This document shows positions 18,246-26,040 of a stretch of DNA of 34,016 nt, in pieces. The notes below the pieces were generated by a model, which had not been told where the DNA came from, ran no database searches, and saw only the letters and a program-made list of their open reading frames with translations. The number at the start of each line of letters is the position of its first letter. Positions within the stretch are counted from its first letter, which is position 1. Made by a program: the position numbers and the translations under genes. The stretch is taken from the sequence record DRR723986_4745. One strand, 5' to 3'.

Positions 18246-18692
18246 TTAGAGGTCTGGATGCTTGGCTGAAGGGATAGCCAGGTGCCGCCGAATGCGGTCC
18301 GGCGTACCGGGTGTGGTCAGCAGCCCGTCGAGATCTTCCAGGCCGACCCAGTCGAGCGCCGCGGCATCATCGGCGGCAACCGCAGTTCCCGATACATAAG
18401 GCCCACAAAAGACGGTCAGGATGAAGTGAGTGACGACACGGCCGTCATCATCTCTCTGGATGGAATCGAAGGTCTCGACAGGCTCGCCGATTGCGGCAGT
18501 GACACCGGTTTCCTCCAGCAGTTCCCGCGCGGCCGCTTCCTGAAGGGTCTCCCCAAGCTCGATCACTCCACCAGGCAAACTCCAGTGATCCTTGAAAGGA
18601 GGCTTGCCGCGCTTCACCAGCAGGGCACGGCCATCACGATGGCACAGGACACTGACACTGGCGCGTGGCGCTTCCGGATAAAACCTGGACAT
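18246..18692 (-). CDS. NUDIX hydrolase
   Basis: Nudix box GGVIELGETLQEAAARELLEETGV. Start at MSRFYPE. Confidence 0.92.
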   Translation of the reverse strand: MSRFYPEAPRASVSVLCHRDGRALLVKRGKPPFKDHWSLPGGVIELGETLQEAAARELLEETGVTAAIGEPVETFDSIQRDDDGRVVTHFILTVFCGPYVSGTAVAADDAAALDWVGLEDLDGLLTTPGTPDRIRRHLAIPSAKHPDL

Positions 18693-18751
18693 GGAACCTC
18701 GGCGGACGGAAAGACGGCTGATTCTGCCCGGGCACAATAAGCCCCAAGGCG

Positions 18752-19264
18752 TTATGCGAACAGAGCGTCGATTTCTGCCTGTGCGCCTTCGCCTTCGTGC
18801 TGCGTCGCTTCGGGTTCCACATGGCCGTGGATGACGGCGCCGGCAACGGCTATCAGCGGCTTGATTTCGTTCGTGGCCCGGTCGGCAATGTCAGTCGCAA
18901 TCATTGCGGGATCCGGTGTCTCGCGCAGCTGGTCCTGAATCTTGCCCACGAGCCTGTTTATGCCCGCAACCTGTTTTTCCAGGTGTTCGCGCAAGAAGTT
19001 CGGGGCGGCATGATAGGCCATGATGGCCAGGTTCTTGTCCTTGAAACTCGAGTTCTCGAAATGGCCCTCATAGTCGAGCGGCTCCCACTCCAGAACATCT
19101 TCGGCGCAATCCGGCATATCCGGAAGCATTTCCAGAAGCATCATGACTTCATTGAAATGATTGAGATAATCGGTCGCCAAACCGGTTTGGGGATTAATGT
19201 TTGCCTGTTCCAGCCTTTCGGCTGCCAGCTCCCCGGCGCCCAAAACTGGATGCAAACATTCCAT
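18752..19264 (-). CDS. Conserved hypothetical helical protein with C-terminal QAEIDALF peptide
   Basis: 'NINPQTGLATDYLNHFNE..MLLEML' core and C-terminus AQAEIDALFA. Start is inferred. Confidence 0.75.
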   Translation of the reverse strand: MECLHPVLGAGELAAERLEQANINPQTGLATDYLNHFNEVMMLLEMLPDMPDCAEDVLEWEPLDYEGHFENSSFKDKNLAIMAYHAAPNFLREHLEKQVAGINRLVGKIQDQLRETPDPAMIATDIADRATNEIKPLIAVAGAVIHGHVEPEATQHEGEGAQAEIDALFA

Positions 19265-19378
19265 ACCGGTCCCCCTGTTATTGACTTGGGGCCTACGGTA
19301 CTTCTTTTTTATTTCCAATTGCCTAACTTGGCGGAACCCTGTTTACCCCGCTTCAGGGGCCCCAACCGGAGAAAAACG

Positions 19379-20137
19379 ATGTGCGGCCGCCTGGCTCTGA
19401 CGACACCACCGGACGCTGTGCGCAGCTTCTTCGACTATGTCGATCAGCCCAATTTTCCGCCGCGATACAACATTGCGCCAACCCAGCCGCTGGCCATCGT
19501 GCGGCAGACGCTCGACGGCACACGCCGCTTTCATCTTGTGCGTTGGGGCTTGATGCCGCCCTGGGTCAAGGACCCGGCAAGCTTCACGCTTCTGATCAAT
19601 GCCCGGGCGGAAACAGCGTCGCAAAAACCGTCGTTCCGCAATGCCATGCGTCATCACAGGTGCCTCGTGCCGGCGTCCGGCTTTTACGAGTGGCGTCGCA
19701 CGCCGGAAGGCAAGCAGCCTTTCTGGATCCGTCCGGCGAAGGGCGACGTCATGGGCTTTGCCGGCCTTTGGGAAACCTGGTCGGATCCCGATGGCGGTGA
19801 CATCGACACAGGCGCAATCCTGACGATCCAGTCCAACCGGATGATGTCTGCGATCCATCACCGGATGCCGGTGATCCTGAAACGGGAAGATTTCGGAACG
19901 TGGCTGGATGTTGCCAACGTCGACAGGCGTGAAGCCGAAAAGCTGCTGCAGCCGGTAGAAGACGATTTTCTGGTCGCGACGCCGGTTTCCAACCGGGTGA
20001 ACAAGGTGGTCAATGACGATGCTGATGTGCAGCGCGAGATATCGCCGGAGGAAATGTCGGTGCCCTTGAAAAAGGTTGCCAAGCCGTCAGCTGCGGAGAA
20101 ATCGCAGGAGGACAAGAACCAGCTCGATCTGTTCTGA
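19379..20137 (+). CDS. SOS response-associated peptidase (SRAP/YedK/HMCES family) abasic-site crosslinking protein
   Basis: True start MCGR at 19379 (catalytic Cys2), RYNIAPTQ, INARAET, GFYEW, HHRMPVIL, C-terminal QLDLF. Confidence 0.93.
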   Translation: MCGRLALTTPPDAVRSFFDYVDQPNFPPRYNIAPTQPLAIVRQTLDGTRRFHLVRWGLMPPWVKDPASFTLLINARAETASQKPSFRNAMRHHRCLVPASGFYEWRRTPEGKQPFWIRPAKGDVMGFAGLWETWSDPDGGDIDTGAILTIQSNRMMSAIHHRMPVILKREDFGTWLDVANVDRREAEKLLQPVEDDFLVATPVSNRVNKVVNDDADVQREISPEEMSVPLKKVAKPSAAEKSQEDKNQLDLF

Positions 20138-20215
20138 ACCGTCGCAGGCATCAGAATTGCCGTGCAAAAGTCGGCTCATGGCTGTAGGGCAGGGGCTCAG
20201 CCGCAAGGATGGATC

Positions 20216-21091
20216 ATGAGCAACGACGACACGCCTGAATTTGAGCTAGACGAGGCCTTGGAAGAGGACGCATCGGAGAACGAAGCGTTGGCCGAAGCCT
20301 ATAATCGAGGTCTCGCCCTGCAGAAATCGGGCGATCTGGCAGGTGCCGCGCAGGCCTATCGCGAAGCCCTTGCGCTGGATCCGGACGACCCGGGCGGCGT
20401 CAGCATTCGTCTGGCGGCAATCGGCGCGGAAGCCGCCCCTCAGAAAATGCCGGATGCCTATGTCGCGACCCTATTCGATCAGCACGCAGATGTGTTCGAC
20501 GACATTCTGGTCGATGAGCTTGGTTACTGCGTGCCTCTGCTGGTTCGCGATCTCGTCCAGAAGCTCGAGATTGGCCCATTCGATCGATTGCTCGACCTCG
20601 GCTGCGGCACGGGCCTTACAGGTATGGCTCTTGCCGATTGCACGAGCCACCGGACCGGCGTCGATCTCTCCGAGCGGATCGTTGAACTTGCCTATGACCG
20701 GGAAGTCTATGACGACCTTTATGTGGGCGAGGCCGTCGCATTCCTTGAGGAGTTCGAGGAAGACGATGGCTCTCGTCCCGGCTGGGACATGATCGCGGCA
20801 ACCGACGTGTTTCCCTATCTGGGGGCGGTTGAACCATTTCTTGCCGGTGCAGTTGACCGTCTGAAACCGCGCGGTTACCTGGCTTTCTCCACCGAGACCC
20901 TGTCTGAAGAAGCACTTGAAGGGCGTCCCTATATGGTCGGGCCGAAAAGCCGGTTTGCGCAAGGGGAAGGCTATATTCGCTCATCTCTGGATGCGGCGGG
21001 CTTCGACATTCTCGCGATGGACCCCATCACCGTTCGTCTCGAGGACGGAGACCCTGTCCCCGGGCACCTTGTGATTGCGCGGCTGCGCTAG
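20216..21091 (+). CDS. TPR-containing SAM-dependent methyltransferase
   Basis: N-terminal TPR (AYREALALDPDD), LFDQHA..FD..LV..LGY, LDLGCGTG, GVDLS. Confidence 0.88.
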   Translation: MSNDDTPEFELDEALEEDASENEALAEAYNRGLALQKSGDLAGAAQAYREALALDPDDPGGVSIRLAAIGAEAAPQKMPDAYVATLFDQHADVFDDILVDELGYCVPLLVRDLVQKLEIGPFDRLLDLGCGTGLTGMALADCTSHRTGVDLSERIVELAYDREVYDDLYVGEAVAFLEEFEEDDGSRPGWDMIAATDVFPYLGAVEPFLAGAVDRLKPRGYLAFSTETLSEEALEGRPYMVGPKSRFAQGEGYIRSSLDAAGFDILAMDPITVRLEDGDPVPGHLVIARLR

Positions 21092-21198
21092 AGCCCATGC
21101 GCTGAAGAGCATCTCTTCGGTTCGATATTCAACGGGAAGGCCAAGGATCATCTGCCGTTCCATCATGGCCGATGGCACGGCAGACTATTGCCTTTCCG

Positions 21199-21630
21199 TC
21201 AGTCAGCCCTTTGCATGCGCAGATAGGGTTCACCGTCGGACGTTCGCTTGACGGCGACACCGTCACCGTTGATCAAAACGACCACCCGGCTGCGAAAAGC
21301 AGAAAAACTGTCGAAGGTGACCACATCCACGGGCGTGTCGAACTTGATGGTCACCCGGTATTGGCCAGCCGGACCAACCCGTGTCAGCGACAGCACCTCT
21401 CCTTCGAAAGGCTGCTTCATGTAGGTGCCCGAGACGCGGTTGCCGACGGCAAACTGCATCTGGTTTGGTCTGGCGGCTGTCGCGGATACGGTGTTCCAGT
21501 CCTTGAAGCCGTATTGGGCAGACAGGAGTTCGAGCGCCTGGCTGTGGGAGATATCCTGCCCCTTGGCAGCTAGCGCGGCGCGCAGGCGCTTGGCCTGTGC
21601 TTTGAGATTGGCAACGCTGGGCAGCGTCAT
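21199..21630 (-). CDS. Glyoxalase-superfamily (Glyoxalase_8-like) protein
   Basis: N-terminal 'KAQAKRLRAAL...ISHSQALELLSAQYGFKDWNT' and C-terminal 'VSGTY..QPF.G...FDTPVDVVTFDSFSAFRSRV'. Confidence 0.8.
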   Translation of the reverse strand: MTLPSVANLKAQAKRLRAALAAKGQDISHSQALELLSAQYGFKDWNTVSATAARPNQMQFAVGNRVSGTYMKQPFEGEVLSLTRVGPAGQYRVTIKFDTPVDVVTFDSFSAFRSRVVVLINGDGVAVKRTSDGEPYLRMQRAD

Positions 21631-21813
21631 GGGATTACCTTTCCAAGAAAGGCAGGCGGTAAGGTGTTCGCCAATTGGCGGCGACCCGTCATGGGGCCCG
21701 CGTTGCCATCAGCCTGCACTGTCTCGTGAAGGTCGATCAAAGCTGCAAGATGTCTTGCGCAAGGGAATTCACCATGGCCGAAGCCTGCGGGCGGCCGGTT
21801 CCCTCAAACCGGC
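21631..21813 (-). ncRNA. Candidate structured 5' leader / cis-regulatory RNA
   Basis: ~180 nt between promoter and ATG with several hairpins, including a cUUCGg tetraloop and an SD-sequestering stem. Confidence 0.45.
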
Positions 21814-21817
21814 GCAA

Positions 21818-21846
21818 GGCATACGCCCCGGCTCCAGATCTGTCAA
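21818..21846 (-). promoter_or_regulatory. sigma70-type promoter
   Basis: Minus strand TTGACA-N17-TATGCC. Confidence 0.6.
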
Positions 21847-21852
21847 CGCGGC

Positions 21853-21877
21853 AAAAAGAAAGCCGCTGGCGCGGCTT
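21853..21877 (-). terminator. Rho-independent terminator downstream of the dnaA-like gene
   Basis: Minus strand AAGCCGC-gcca-GCGGCTT followed by TCTTTTT. Confidence 0.75.
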
Positions 21878-22048
21878 CAAGGAGAGGGAGGTTAAGATGA
21901 AACACCCGGCGGCTCTTACCGCCTGAGTTCGACCGCGCCCCGTCGGGCGCAGAAGGGTGATTGCCCTGAATTGGGGGCAGGGCAATCGCGGAGACGGGCA
22001 AGCCCGCCGCCGCAGGTTTTCCGAGGGAGGGGTGTCCCCGGAAACAGA
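21853..22048 (-). ncRNA. Candidate 3'UTR-derived multi-hairpin sRNA
   Basis: Five to six consecutive hairpins and two CCUCCCUC anti-SD-like motifs, ending in the terminator. Confidence 0.35.
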
Positions 22049-23512
22049 TCAGGCGTGGACCAGCCGCTTCAGGAGTTCGACTTCCTGTGCAAGGGCCTTG
22101 TCCTTGGACACCATGTCCTCGATCTTGCGGACCGCATGCAGCACGGTGGTGTGATCACGGTTGCCGAACCGCCGGCCGATTTCCGGCAGTGAGCGTCCGG
22201 TCATCACCTTGGCGATATACATCGCTATCTGGCGCGGACGGACCAATGTGCGGGCCCGGCACGACGACAGGAGATCCGCCTTGGTAACGCTGAAATGCTT
22301 GCACACCACCTGCTGGATCTCTTCCACCTTGATGGAGCGCGGCTCGCCGATCCGCACCAGGTCGTGCAGGGTCTTTTCCGCCAGGTCCATCGTCACCGGC
22401 TGTTTCGTCAGCTGGTTGTGAGCGAACAGGCGATTGAGAGCGCCTTCCAGATCGCGGGCCGAAGCGATCACGTAGCGGGCAATGTAGTCGGCTACATCTT
22501 CGGGAACGGAGAAGCCCGGATGTGTGCGACGCGCCGCGGTGATCCGCTTCTTCAGGATATCGTGGCGCAGCGCATAATCGGTTGACTGGATGCCGACAAC
22601 TTCACCTTTCTGGATCCGGTAGCGCAATGCATCGCCAAGCGTATCGAGGTCTTCAGGCGAGCGGTCGGCTGCCATGATGATCTGGGTCGGCGACTCCATG
22701 AGCAGTTCCAGCGTCTTGCTGAACTCGTCTGCGGCCTGCTTGCCATGCAGGAACTGGAGATCGTCAACCAGGAGCAGGTCGATGGAGCGCATTGCCTGGC
22801 GCAGCACCGGGAAGGCCGGCGTTCTGAGAGCAGGCACCAGGTGGTACATGAAGAATTCAGCCGACAGATAGGCAACCTGCCGTCCCGTCTTGCGAGCTTC
22901 GGCCGCCGCTGCCTGCAGCAGGTGGGTCTTGCCGATGCCGGTGGACGAATGGATATAGAGCAGGTCCAGGGTGCCCTGGTGGCCGGCAGCCATCTGGCGC
23001 ACGGCGGCACAGGCAAGGCTGTTCGAAGCGCCTTCGGCAAAGGTGTCGAAGGTCAGCTTAGGATTGAGAGACGCACCGTTCAGGAAATCCGCCGCCGCAT
23101 CCTCGTTGCTGTCCGCAAGGCACGGAATGACCGACATGCCATGGGACGCGCCGAATTGAGGCGTGCTGCAGAAGGGGCCGGGACGGCCGCTGATCCGCCG
23201 GGCGGAGATCGCCTTGGGGGCAAGGCCGACATTGAGTTGACGAGGACGCAGAGCACCGCGAACGGTCAGCTCGATACGGTTGATATCGTCCTGCTCACGT
23301 TTCCAGAGCCCGACGAGCTGCTTCTCGTAGTTGTTCTGGATCCAGTTTTTCAGGAAGCGGGTGGGCACCGACAGGCGGACTGCATCGCCCGTGGTTTCTT
23401 CGTGGTTTACTCTGCCGAACCAGTTGGAAAATACATCGTCACCGAGCTCGTTTCTCAGTTCCTTTTTCACACGATCCCATTGATCCGAACCAGCTAAGTT
23501 CTGAACCTGCAT
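22049..23512 (-). CDS. dnaA: DnaA-family replication initiator, divergent (probable paralog)
   Basis: Domain I (W..VK..L...F.NWF...PTRFLKNWI), Walker A STGIGKT, Walker B LLLVDDLQF, sensor II RDLEGAL, domain IV RPRQIAMY...SLPEIGRRFGNRDHTTVLHAVRKI. SD GGAGG before ATG 23512. Confidence 0.9.
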   Translation of the reverse strand: MQVQNLAGSDQWDRVKKELRNELGDDVFSNWFGRVNHEETTGDAVRLSVPTRFLKNWIQNNYEKQLVGLWKREQDDINRIELTVRGALRPRQLNVGLAPKAISARRISGRPGPFCSTPQFGASHGMSVIPCLADSNEDAAADFLNGASLNPKLTFDTFAEGASNSLACAAVRQMAAGHQGTLDLLYIHSSTGIGKTHLLQAAAAEARKTGRQVAYLSAEFFMYHLVPALRTPAFPVLRQAMRSIDLLLVDDLQFLHGKQAADEFSKTLELLMESPTQIIMAADRSPEDLDTLGDALRYRIQKGEVVGIQSTDYALRHDILKKRITAARRTHPGFSVPEDVADYIARYVIASARDLEGALNRLFAHNQLTKQPVTMDLAEKTLHDLVRIGEPRSIKVEEIQQVVCKHFSVTKADLLSSCRARTLVRPRQIAMYIAKVMTGRSLPEIGRRFGNRDHTTVLHAVRKIEDMVSKDKALAQEVELLKRLVHA

Positions 23513-24457
23513 TGTGGCCTCCATTGGAGGGACCGTTTGGAACCGCTCCCCCCCGTGCACTGTCTATGAGCAACGACGTTCCGCCTCGCTGCCCGTTTCT
23601 TTCGTTAGGTCTTTTGCCCATTTTGGGTCTCCAGACCGGATGGCTTATTAGCGCCTATGAAACACCATTAACCTTTTGCTTACCATATTTACAAATAGCT
23701 TATTTTTATGAGGTCATAGACGTTTCATATTGTAATTTTTGTAGATGACGGGCGCTGCGCATGTAAATTTTACATAGCGAATCTTGCGTTTCGTCATCGT
23801 CAGGACATGCCGCAAGTCCCGACCCAGTTGTTCTCCTGTCGCTGTTTCCGCTCTGCCTGTGAGCTTGAAGACGATTTTAGGAAAAATTTAACTTTTCAGG
23901 ATTTTTTCTGCGAGTTTTCAAAAGGACGCTGTCAAATTAAGAAGTTTAGCCAAGGAAAAAGCCGGCTTAAATCGAAAGGTCATGTTGTTTATGACAGGGG
24001 TGCGTACGCGCCGGTTCACCCGTCACATGGTCACTGAATCGGCTAACGTTCCACCTAACCGGTCTAGCAGGTCCGTATGGTGGTGGAAGCTGGGGAAAAT
24101 GGGGCGCCTGAAAACAGGCTTTATGACCGGCAAAACCAGAACCCGGGCCTGGTTGCCGTTCCCGTAAACTGCTGACAGATCAGGATCCTGGCTGTATCAA
24201 TGCATACATTGATGGGGCATCGTATTTGGCAGATCGAAGGAACCTTATCCCCAGCACCGAGGAAACTTCGGCAACCTGCCAGTTTTGACAATTGATCCCT
24301 TGACGCTGTTGAGGGCGGAGCATGCCTTCCCGGCACTAGGTGCTTTTACATAGCTGAGACCTGGCGCTTTCCAAGTAGAGATCAGTAAATCACGAAGTTC
24401 GGTTACGCCGACGTGGCGAAACCGGCTTGGGGTGCGCCGGCTCCGCAGCTTGTCAGC
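23513..24457. promoter_or_regulatory. Long AT-rich non-coding region upstream of the dnaA-like gene
   Basis: Visibly AT-rich at ~23640-23990. Palindromes ATGTAAA-T-TTTACAT (23761-23775) and ATCAATG-cata-CATTGAT (24196-24213). CtrA-like TTAG-N7-TTAAC (23877-23892). Two opposed TTWTCCCCAGC (24089-24099 on -, 24245-24255 on +). Confidence 0.55.
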
Positions 24458-25738
24458 TCAAGTTGTCGTCTTGAAAACATTCGCAACAGTCGAGAACAGA
24501 TTGTTTCTGTTCGTGTGCACATCTATCGGAAACTTTGGGCCGGTGTTCGCCCAGATGGGCGCGTCGTTGGGCAGGCCGGGACCCCGTTGCACCGAAACGA
24601 GGCCAAAGCCGTCGTTGTCCCAGTATCCGTTCGGGAAACCGGGCGCAGGCGGACCGCCCCACCAGGTGTAAATGTTGGGGGCTTCAGGCTGGTTCCACAG
24701 TTCATCGCAATATTCGAAGTAGTAAAGCCCGATACAAAGCGGATGAGCAAAGGCCTGAGGCAGCATTTTCTGCGCAACTTGCGCCGCCTTGCTGCAGGTC
24801 TGATCGTCGGCATAAATGGTTCCTGGGTTGTTCGGGTCCCGGTGACTGGTTGCCGGCATGCCCCACTCGGTGAAGAGAACGGGTTTCAACGCCTTTGGCG
24901 GCAGGTTGCCGTAGTCCTTGAAGATGCTTTCAAAGGTCTCGGTCTGGTAGGTGTTGACGCCCCAGAAGTTGATGCTCGGGCAGTTCTCCATGTAGGAGGA
25001 CGCCTTCAGGGGAATGTTCGGGTCGTCGTGGGTTGCCATGCCGGCCAGCTTGCCAGGAGCTTCTTCCTTGACGATGGCAGCCATTTTCTCCACCTGACCC
25101 CACCAGAAAGCGGCCCAGTCCGGATTGTTGTAGCAAACGTCGGCGCCGTCCTGTTCGTTCTGAATGGTGAACCCCATCACCGCCGGATGATCTGCTACGG
25201 ATCTGACGGTCTCCCGCAGGACATTCGTCCAGTAGTCGATCTCTACCTGAGAGGCCTGGTCGTATTGGGTCTTCCAGAACATCGTGGCAGGCAGGGGGAC
25301 GCCGACCAGGACGGACCGGCGCATCTTTGCTTCTGGCGGAGCAGACTTGTCCCAGGCCAGGTCCAGAAAATTCTTATGCGTGAAATAGTGGCCGTTGTCC
25401 CAGGGGGTAGGGAAGGTTCCGTTGCCTTCCAGCTGCCGCGACAGCATGCAGTAGACCCGCAGCGCATTGTTGTGGAGGTTCCTGAAATTGGGGAAGTCGC
25501 GGGACAGCAGGGGTGACCAGCTGGAAATGAAAGTGGAGCCTGCTTCGAAGTCGTCCCAATACCAGTCACCCAGGGCGGGGGCATAGGAGTTGGAACCGTT
25601 GATCGGGGCCGGGGAATAGCAGACCCCTTTCAATTTGACCTTCACGGTCGTGGGCTGTTGCCCGTCTTCGGTGAGTTCGCAGTAAAGATTTGCGGTTCCA
25701 TTGCTGTCGACGGAACATGTCCATTTGGTTGTCGTCAT
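24458..25738 (-). CDS. Clan GH-A (GH2/GH5/GH158-like) TIM-barrel glycoside hydrolase
   Basis: KGVCYSP, NALRVY, DHPAVMGFTIQNE (acid/base NE), GVNTY, KPVLFTEWG (nucleophile E), YFEYCDE. No signal peptide. Confidence 0.8.
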   Translation of the reverse strand: MTTTKWTCSVDSNGTANLYCELTEDGQQPTTVKVKLKGVCYSPAPINGSNSYAPALGDWYWDDFEAGSTFISSWSPLLSRDFPNFRNLHNNALRVYCMLSRQLEGNGTFPTPWDNGHYFTHKNFLDLAWDKSAPPEAKMRRSVLVGVPLPATMFWKTQYDQASQVEIDYWTNVLRETVRSVADHPAVMGFTIQNEQDGADVCYNNPDWAAFWWGQVEKMAAIVKEEAPGKLAGMATHDDPNIPLKASSYMENCPSINFWGVNTYQTETFESIFKDYGNLPPKALKPVLFTEWGMPATSHRDPNNPGTIYADDQTCSKAAQVAQKMLPQAFAHPLCIGLYYFEYCDELWNQPEAPNIYTWWGGPPAPGFPNGYWDNDGFGLVSVQRGPGLPNDAPIWANTGPKFPIDVHTNRNNLFSTVANVFKTTT

Positions 25739-26040
25739 GGTGGGTCGCCTGAAATAAAGGGTTTTTGCGGAAGTCTTGCGCTCAGAAATGAGATACTTTT
25801 TCGTGCAATCTCACAATAATGCAACCAAAGAGTGCTGAATAAAGCTTTAAGAATACATCCCTCATTGAAGCGGATTTGGAATGCAGGCCACGCTGGCAAA
25901 GCCGCTTTGACAAGAGAGGTTCGGACAGCAAAAAATGCCGGCGCTTTTGGCACCGGCACTGCTTGTTTGTCGATATCTGCCGATGACCGGCTTTCAAACG
26001 TGCGGACGTAATGTCTGCCTTCAAGAGCAGGCGAAGCGCC

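Noticed and set aside
18797-19378. N-terminal extension of the 446-aa SRAP ORF
   Set aside because: SRAP proteins need Cys at position 2 (MCGR at 19379). The extension is antisense to the 18752-19264 gene.
23512-24336. Short ORFs (60-78 aa) upstream of dnaA
   Set aside because: They have atypical composition, no clear SD or motifs, and overlap one another. The region is better explained as regulatory DNA.
22049-24457. Plasmid DnaA-like replicon or integrated element
   Set aside because: No parAB, integrase, iteron array or att repeats were seen. The protein has full chromosomal DnaA architecture and the flanks are housekeeping-type genes.
24413-25516. 367-aa plus-strand ORF
   Set aside because: Antisense shadow of the glycoside hydrolase.
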